A stretch of DNA of 60,485 bases, filler included. It is 10 parts of 10 records of this genome, joined end to end, with 100 filler letters (N's around TTAATTAATTAA, not from the genome) between each part and the next. Parts side by side here need not be neighbours in the genome. Positions count along the whole stretch, not along the records: positions 49,859 to 54,863 come from SRR31147125_157187; positions 54,964 to 60,485 come from SRR31147125_157557; 8 more parts are not named here. One strand, written 5' to 3'. Made by a program: the position numbers and the translations under genes. Shown here one piece after another: positions 52,886-60,485 of the stretch. The notes below the pieces were generated by a model. That model saw nothing but the letters and a program-made list of their open reading frames with translations, had not been told where the DNA came from and made no database searches. Positions within the stretch are counted from its first letter, which is position 1. Each line of letters begins with the position of its first letter.

Positions 52886-54859
52886 TTACTTTGCGGCGTT
52901 TCTTCCCGCAATTTTACCGAAAACAAACACATCGGCGATGGCGTTTCCACCCAGTCGGTTGGAACCGTGGATACCGCCTGTTACCTCACCGGCTGCAAAA
53001 AGGTTGGGGATGATCCGCCCCTCCGTATCAAGGACCTCTGCTTTCTCGTTTATCTCCACACCGCCCATGGTATGGTGAACCGCGGGGGCCGCCTTGATAA
53101 AGTAGAAGGGACCTTCCGTGAGGCTGTACTCCCGGAGTCCGGTCCGTCTGCTGAAATCCTCGTCCTTTCCGGCTCTGGCAAAACCGTTGTATCGCTCCAG
53201 AGTCGCTTTGAAAGCGTCGCTGTCAATGTCAAAGAACTGACAGGCATCTTCGATGCTGTCGGCTTTGACGGCCTGTCCGGTAGCCAGCAGAGAGTCGATT
53301 TCCGTACCGAACTTCTTGAAGAAACCCGTATCTTCCCCGGCCTTCCGGTTAAAAAATGAGTAGGAGACGCCGCCGGTCTGTTTGGCGGTGGCGTTGGAGA
53401 TGACATCCCGTCGTTCCAGCTCCTCTACGAAACGCAATCCTTCCTTGTTGACCATAAGCGTCGTACCCATTCCGCGGCCGGAGTTCGCACTGGAGATCAG
53501 ATCTCCGGTTGCAGCGTTACAGGTGGGGTGCTTCTGAACAAACTCCATACCGATCAGGTTGGCACCGGCAGCCCGGGCAAGGCCGATACCATCCCCTGTA
53601 CTGAGGATACTGTTGGTACAGATGGTTCCCTCCACATAGGTAGGATCGTATTCTTTAAGGATCTCCCCGTTCTGACCGAAACCGCCGGTCGTCAGGACGA
53701 CACTCCTGCCGGCATGGAAGATAACATCCTTACCGCCGTTTACAGCTTTGACCCCGATCACGTCTCCGGCCTCATTCCGGAGGATCTCGGTTGCCATTGT
53801 ATTGAACTTTACATCGACTCCCTGAGACAGGGCATACTTGTACATGGTCTCCAGCATCTGAGCGCCATCTCCCTGGACGAAGTGACAGCGGGGAGCTGTA
53901 TGGCCTCCGCCCTGGGTGATGTTTTCCCAGACCAGGCCGACTATATCTCTTGATTCCTCGATAGCTGCGGCTGTGTTGTTTACCAGAGTCCTTACCAGCT
54001 CGGGCTTGGCCATTCTGTCGCCGCCGGAAAAGGTATCGTTGAAGAAATCGTCATTGCTGTCACTGATATCCCGGGCTCTCTGCACATCCGTTTCGGAGGC
54101 ATTCAGAACGCCGTCCGCAAGTTTGGTATTTCCTCCGGGAAGGGGCGCCTTGTCGATGACCAGGACGCTGGCACCGTTCCGTCTGGCCTCGATGGCCGCA
54201 TTCACACCAGCACCGCCGCAGCCGATGATGATAACGTCGGCGCTGTATTCATCATCCAGGACCTCACGGACCACCTCTCCCGAGGCCTTGCTGAAGGCGG
54301 AGCCGAAGCCGGCTTTCTGCAGGGCATCTTTGGAGGCTCTGATCATACCGCCGGAAGCCATGGTGGCACTGGTTACGGTATCCACATCCGTGCTGTTGGT
54401 ATCGATCATGTCTTTTTCAACAATCGCAAAGGATCTGTCGAAACCGATGGTCTCATGGTGTGACAGGGTCTTAACAGAGAAGATCTTTCCGTTTGTAATG
54501 GTAACGGCAACCTTCATCTCGCCGCCCTTCCCCTGGGAGATTCCTTCGTAGACACCATCAACAACTTCGACCGGTTCCTCTTCGATCCCCCGGGCCTGGC
54601 TGATGGCACCGGAAACTGCCTCTTTAATCGCGTTGGAAACGAAAGTGGCACCGGATACCACATCGACATCCGCGTTCTGCTCCGCCACAATCCTTCCGGG
54701 CATCTCGGCGATGGCTTTATCGCTCACACCATCTGTTTCATTGTGGGAAAGGATCGTTACATTCTCAATCCTGTCTGATGAAAACTCGACCTCAACTGTC
54801 AGGTCTCCGCCGAAACCTGCCGCCTGAGAGGTGTACTTACCCGCTGTATACAGGTTTTT
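52886..54859 (-). CDS. Flavocytochrome-c-type reductase with two FMN-binding domains (5'-truncated)
   Basis: GFGG.LTVEV..ILSHNET, DVDVVSGAT and DVDTVTSAT; IIGCGGAG, QKHPT, ELERRD, VHHTMGG, GSNRLGGNA. Confidence 0.92.
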   Translation of the reverse strand, partial: KNLYTAGKYTSQAAGFGGDLTVEVEFSSDRIENVTILSHNETDGVSDKAIAEMPGRIVAEQNADVDVVSGATFVSNAIKEAVSGAISQARGIEEEPVEVVDGVYEGISQGKGGEMKVAVTITNGKIFSVKTLSHHETIGFDRSFAIVEKDMIDTNSTDVDTVTSATMASGGMIRASKDALQKAGFGSAFSKASGEVVREVLDDEYSADVIIIGCGGAGVNAAIEARRNGASVLVIDKAPLPGGNTKLADGVLNASETDVQRARDISDSNDDFFNDTFSGGDRMAKPELVRTLVNNTAAAIEESRDIVGLVWENITQGGGHTAPRCHFVQGDGAQMLETMYKYALSQGVDVKFNTMATEILRNEAGDVIGVKAVNGGKDVIFHAGRSVVLTTGGFGQNGEILKEYDPTYVEGTICTNSILSTGDGIGLARAAGANLIGMEFVQKHPTCNAATGDLISSANSGRGMGTTLMVNKEGLRFVEELERRDVISNATAKQTGGVSYSFFNRKAGEDTGFFKKFGTEIDSLLATGQAVKADSIEDACQFFDIDSDAFKATLERYNGFARAGKDEDFSRRTGLREYSLTEGPFYFIKAAPAVHHTMGGVEINEKAEVLDTEGRIIPNLFAAGEVTGGIHGSNRLGGNAIADVFVFGKIAGRNAAK

Positions 54860-54963
54860 TTACNNNNNNNNNNNNNNNNNNNNNNNNNNNNNNNNNNNNN
54901 NNNNNNNTTAATTAATTAANNNNNNNNNNNNNNNNNNNNNNNNNNNNNNNNNNNNNNNNNNNN

Positions 54964-57900
54964 TTCCTTTTCCTTTTCCTCTTCCTTTTCCTTCTCCTCT
55001 TCCTCACGACGGGCAAGTTCTTCCTCTTCCTTCTTCTTACGTTCTTCTTGTTCAAGTTTGCGACGTTCCTCCTCCTTTTCCTCCGTCTGACGTTGTTCCT
55101 CCTCGCGACGGCGCTCCTCTTCCTCCACCTTCTCAAGCTCCCTCATCTGAGCGGCCTTCTCCGCCTCACGGCGACGTTCTTGTTCTTCCAATTGGCGACG
55201 ACGTTCCTCCATCTCATTCTGGAGCTTGGCCTGTTCCTCTTCTTGAGCCTTCTGTCGCTCCACACACTCCTTCTGTCGCTCCTCCTCCTCTTGCTTGGCA
55301 CGTTCCTCCTCCTCAAGCTTGAGACGCTCCTCCTCCTCGCGCTCTTTGCGTTCCTCCTCCTTACGTTCCTCCTCCTCCTTCTTGTGTTTCTGCTCTTCCT
55401 CCTCCTGACGACGTTCCTCTTCCTGCCGTGCGTGCTCTTCCTCCTCTTGGCGACGTTCCTCTTCCTCCTTTCGACGACGCTCCTCTTGCGCCTCTTGCAT
55501 GCGCTCAGCCTCCATCAATGCACGAGCCTGATCCGATCGGCGTTGTTGTTCCGCCTGAGAAGTGACACAAGCCATTTGTTGCTCCGCCATGACGGCACGC
55601 TGATGCTCCTCTTCCACACGTTGGCGCAACGCCTCAACCTCTTCCTCGTGCCTCTTCTCCTCCTCGGGATCGGACTTCGCGGGGCACGTGTTCTCACACG
55701 GACACACCCCGGCAACGGTCTGGCAGCAGCACGTCTGTGCACCACGATTCTGGCGCGCAGCGACCAGGGCTGTCAGGCGCTCCAACATGTCACTCTGGCT
55801 CTCGGCTACACGATCCAGCTTCTCGTCTTCCTCGTCCCCGTCTCCCTCCTTCTCACCCTTGCCCAACAGCTCCTCCTGTTCCTTCTTCTTCAACTCGTCC
55901 TTGAGCATTTCCTCCTCGGCCTTTGTCCCGGCTTCCTCGGCCTTGAGCTTCTCAAGTTCCTCAGCCTCCATACCGGCAACAGCCGCGCTTGCGCCACCAC
56001 CACCACCAGCAGCAGCAGCAGCAGCAAGATCACCCGCCTTGTCCTCAAGAGCCGCAGCCTTCTTCTCAGCATCCGCAGACAACTGAGCCAGCTCACCCTC
56101 ACGGGCCTGAGCCGCTTCGGCTTCCGCATGCATCTGGGCGTCACGCTCGCGACGACCCATGGCAGCCTCCTGCGCGTGTTCCTCTTCACGGTCCCGCATC
56201 TCCTCGGCCATCATCTGCTCCTGTTCCTGCTCCAAGGCATCAGCACGGGCCTCCTCGCCCGTTTCCTTCCGCATATCGCGGGCTGCTTCGGCAGCCTCGT
56301 GATCCTGTTCGTGCTTGGCAGCAGCTTGCTGCGCAGCCATCTCGTTCTTCTCTTCCTGAAGCTCGGCACTGCACGCAGCCTCCTCCTTCTTCTCGGCGCA
56401 CTTCTCCGCAGTCTTCTCCTCTGCAAGTGACTCCTCCAATTCCTTCTCCTTCTCCTTCTCGGCAGCAGCAGCTTCCGCATTGGCTGATTCCATCGCAGCC
56501 TCTTCGGCCAGTTGGTCCTTCTTGAGTTCGGCCCCCATCTTCTCTTCCTCCATGGCCTCCTCGCCCTCGGCCTTCATCTTCTCCTCCTCCAGCTTCATCT
56601 TGTCCTTCATTTCATCCTCCTTCAGTTCTTCCTTCAATTCCTCCTCCTTGGCATCTTCCTTGGCCTCCTCCTTCTTCTCTTCGGCCCCTTCCTTGGCCTC
56701 CTCCTCTTTAGCCTGCATCTCCATCGCCTCAATACTCTTCTCATTCAACGCTTCCTCCTCCTTGGCTTCCTCGTCCGCACGCTCTGCTCCTTTTCAGCCT
56801 CCTTGGCCATTTCTGCTTGCTCCTCCTCGGAAAGTTTCATTTCCTCCTCCTCCTCCTCCTTTGCATTCTTCTCCTCCTTCTCCTCAGCGTTCGCTTGTGC
56901 CTCTGCCTCCTTCTCCTCCGCCTTCAATTTCGCTTCCTCCTCCTTCTCCTCCGCCCCCTCTTTGCTCTCCTCGGCCTTGAGTTCTGCTTCAGCCTTCTTC
57001 TCCTCCTCACCCAGCTCGGCTTCGTGCTCCTTCTCCGCTAACTTGTCCTCCTCAACGTGAGTCTTCTCACCCGCCTCGGCCTCTTCGGCGTGTAGTTTCT
57101 CCTCTTGTTCGAGTCCTTGCTCGGCCAACGCAGCCTGGGCCTCCACCTCCTTCTCGGCCACGGCATCCGCAGAAGCCTTGCTGGCACTCTCCTTCAGAGC
57201 CTGGTCGGACGCCTCTTCGAGGGCCTGAGCGCGCCGGGCCTCCTCAGCCTCCTCCTTCGTTCCTTCCATCATCATCTCACGCTCCTCCTGGGCGCTCTCC
57301 TCCTTCATCTCCTCCATCTCCATCTTTGAGTGCTCCTCATCAGCCTTCTCCTTAGCCTCCTCACGCTTCTCATCAACCTCAGCCTTCTCTGCGTTCTTCT
57401 GTTCCTCGACACGAATGGCCTCCAGATCGTCCCGTGCCTGGGCAGCGTCCCGAACCTCTTCCGCCTTCTCTGCCTCCATCACCTCCTTATGCTCACCCTC
57501 GATGGCCTCGTGGCGCTCATCCTCCCTCTCCTTATCGTGTTCTGCTTGCGCCTCAAATATCTTCTCCTCATTCGCAAGGGCCTCATGAGCCTGAGTGGCC
57601 TCCATTGCATCCTCAGCCTGGCGTTCCTTTGCCATCTCAGCCTCCTTGGCCTCGAATTGTACCTCTTCCTTGGCCTCCTCGGCCCTTTCCGTGCCCTCGT
57701 GCTCGCGCTCCTTACTCTCCTCCTTCCCTTCTTCCTCCTTAGCCTCCGCTTCCTCCTTCTCCATTTGCAGCTTCAGCTCCTCCTTGGAAAGTTCAGCCTC
57801 CTCGTCTGCCTTCTTCTCGGCAGCAGCTTCTTGTGTCTTTGCCTCGGACACCTGCTCCTGACGTGCCGCTTCTTCGTTCTTCAGCTTCTCCTCCTCCAGT

Positions 57901-60485
57901 GCCAGAGTGGCCTTCTCTTCGTCAGCCTCGGCTGCCAGACCCCGTGCCTCCTCCTCGGCCCCGTGTTCTGCCTCCTCAGCCTTGGCTTCCTCGGCCTTGG
58001 CTTCACCCTCGGCCTCCTCAGCTTCCTGCTCCTTCCGCTTGGCCTCCATCTCAGAAGCCTGAACCTCACGCATCTCGTCGATCCGCTCGCGGTTTGCCTC
58101 CTTACGCTTCTCGTCCAACTCGTGTTCCGCATCGTGCTCCTCTTTGGCCTCCTCGTGTTTGAGGCGCATCATGAGCTCCTCCTCCTCGTGCTTCAGTTGC
58201 ATCTCCTCGTTCTTCAGTTCCTCCTCCTCAGTCCGATGCTTCTTCTTCAGCTCCTCCTCTTCCATTTGCATCTCCGTCTTCACTTCCTCCTCTTTCTTGG
58301 TCTTCTCGGCCTCTTCCTCCTTGCGAACGGCATCCAATTCCCCCTCTTCCTTCTTGCCCTCAGCTTCCATCTTGCTCTTCTCGGCCTCTTCCTCTTGCTG
58401 AATATTCCCGACAGCATCCGCGGCATCCTTCTCAAGCTCAGAGAACTCGGCTTCCACTTGCTTCTTGGCATCTTCCTCACCCCGCTTGAAGGCCTCCTCC
58501 TCAATCTTCTTGCGTTCCTCATCCTCCTCCGACATAATGTGTTCCGCTTCCTTCTCCTTCTCGTGGCACTTCTCGTCAGCTTCCTCCTTCTTCTCATCAA
58601 TCTTCTCCTCCTCTTTCTCCACAGCCTTTTCGGAGTCTTGCTCCGCACATTCCCCCTCCTCGGCCTCGGCCTTTGCCAGCTCGGCCTTATCCTCCTCAAT
58701 CTCCTCCTTCACTTTCTTTTCCTCCTCTTCTTTCTTCTCTTCACGTTTCTCCTCGCGCTCTTCCATGCGCCCCTCAATGGCCTTCTCCTCTGCCTCTTCC
58801 TCCTCCCCTTCCTCCTCCGTCTCCTCCTTCCTCTCCTCTTCTTCGTGTTCCTCATGCCGTTCTCGTGCCTTCTCCTCCTCCTTGTGCATTTCTTCGATCT
58901 CCTCCTTCTGTTCCTCCATTGCCTTCTCCGCCTTCTTGGCCATCCCCTCTGCAAATGTCTTGTGCTCCTCCGCAGGGTCGGACTCGGCACACGGATCGAC
59001 TGTCGCCTTCTCAGCGTCCTCAACGGCCTCTTCCTCCATCTTTTCCATATCCTTCTCCACCTTCTTCTCTTTTTGCTCGCGCTCCTCCTCCTCCTTCTCC
59101 TCTTCCTCCTTCTCTTCACGCTCCTCCTTCTTGTGTTCTCGCTCCTCCTCCTTCTTTTTCAGGTCGTGTTCTTGCAGCTCCTTCTCCTCACGTTCCTCAG
59201 CCCTCTTCTCGGCCTTCTCGTCCGCTTCCTCCTTATTGGACTCCTCACCCTCCAGTTCCTCGAGTTTTGCTTCCAGTTCTGCCTTCTTCTTCTCCAACAA
59301 AGCCTTGGAACACTTCTCCGCACCCAGTTCAATCATGGACACAACAGTACCCTCCTCGGCGCATTCATTGGCTGTCTCTGCCTCGGCCTTCTCATCCTCG
59401 GCATCCTCCTTGAGCTCCGCCGCCTCTGCTTTCGCCTGGGTCGACTCGGCCTTGTCTTGCTCGACTTGTTTCTCCAACTCGTCAATCTTTTGCTTCTCAC
59501 CATCCAACTCCTCCTCCTCCTCCTCGGGACTCTTCTCTTCAGAAGATTGCACTGTCTCTAACTTCTCCGCAAGTTCCTTATCCGCTACCTTGTCCTGCCT
59601 GTCCTCCTCCTCGTGGCGCAGCAATACAGCCTCGTCGTTCTCCGTGTCACGAAGTACCTGCTCACGGTGTGCTTCCGCCTCGTCCTCGGCGACATGCTTC
59701 TGTTCCAGTTTGCGAGCACACTCCTCGTCCCGACACTCCATGGCCTTCTTTTGTGCGTCGGCCTCCTTCTTATCATTCTCGGCCTCCAGGGCCTCGGCCT
59801 TCTCGGCCTCAAACTGACGTCGCTCAAGTGTCAGTTCCTGCTTTGCCTTCTCGAGGTCTTTCAACTCTTGCAGCCGCTTCTGTTCCTCCTCCTCCTCCTC
59901 CTCCCTCTCCTTCTCTTCCCTCTCTCGATCGAGTTCCTTCTGTTCCATGCCTTGTTCCTTGGCTTGCTCGGTCTCAAACTCTGTCTTGAGCTCCTGACGG
60001 GCGTCCAGGTATCCACGCACGTAGTCCTCCTCATCTGCACCCTCGGGTACGTCGGGCTTGTGACAACCAGCAGCAGCACACGCCTGCTCAAGGGGAGAGA
60101 CGACCGTGACAGGAGCTACCTCAGCATGCGCCGACACCCGTCGTTTGGACTCCTCAAAACCCTTTTGCCATGCGTCCTTGAGCTCGGCAAGCTGTTCCTC
60201 GGTCATTGCAACATCCTGAGGCTTCTTCCCCTGTTCGAATCCTTTACGGAAGGAGCGCCACGAGTCTTCAAGACCAGCCTGATTCTTGCGTGCAGGAGCG
60301 GGTTCAGGGACTGTGCCTTGTGGCTCCACGGTCACATCCGAATCCACAGCTCCATCAGGCGGACACGAGTCAAGCTTCCAGACCTTGCATCCTTGTCCTG
60401 GGCTCATGCACTCCTTCGTGTCGTCACACCACGCGCAGAACTTGGACTGCAGGCAGTCGTTGCACGACTTGAGGGCAGAGCAGTC
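54964..60485 (-). CDS. Very large Glu/Lys/Ala-rich helical protein with a PSI-like Cys domain; open at both ends, one frameshift near 56787
   Basis: Frame from 60485 reads DCSALKSCNDCLQSKFCAWCDDTKECM..CKVWKLDSCP; ORFs 56745-60407 and 54916-56748 join with one extra G (EKE-AERADEEAK). Confidence 0.8.

Noticed and set aside
27360..56790. Frameshifts in yqiK, copA, mshG, the ABC ATPase, a reductase and the Glu-rich gene as mass pseudogenisation or recoding
   Set aside because: Single-base indels, mostly in homopolymers, across unrelated organisms with otherwise intact motifs; typical of low-coverage or pyrosequencing error
57330..59817. Leu-rich (743 aa) and Ser-rich (450 aa) ORFs, also 55048-56430
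   Set aside because: Reverse-complement artefacts of GAG/AAG-rich coding sequence

Overview
The window is not one locus. It is ten unrelated ~5-7 kb contigs joined by identical 100-nt spacers (N44-TTAATTAATTAA-N44), so gene neighbourhoods only mean something within a contig. Seven contigs are bacterial, and their gene content suggests anaerobes such as sulfate-reducer-like deltaproteobacteria and spirochaete-like organisms (inference): (1) 1-5936 histidine kinases, a lipoprotein, methylmalonyl-CoA mutase/epimerase; (2) 6037-11691 PIN-PhoH, an MCP, XPB-like helicase; (4) 17049-24055 LDH/MDH-like dehydrogenase, OYE-type flavoenzyme, 4-subunit 2-oxoacid:ferredoxin oxidoreductase; (5) 24156-30408 pspA-yqiJ-flotillin-copZ-copA; (6) 30509-36802 MSHA pilus genes; (8) 43477-49758 ABC/DUF3299 module with secreted metallohydrolases; (9) 49859-54863 two flavinylated flavocytochrome-c-type reductases. 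Three contigs are eukaryotic: (3) 11792-16948 two tandem G-protein beta genes with short introns; (7) 36903-43376 a VPS13 fragment with an inserted B-box zinc finger; (10) 54964-60485 a PSI-domain, Glu/Lys-rich giant protein. Several genes carry single-base frameshifts, mostly in homopolymers, best read as sequencing errors. The best leads are a degenerate repeat-spacer array at a contig edge (24156-24316), a shared operator over an atypical dehydrogenase/ene-reductase/oxidoreductase module, the B-box-containing VPS13 and the PSI-headed polyampholyte protein. No complete new system can be demonstrated from this window alone.
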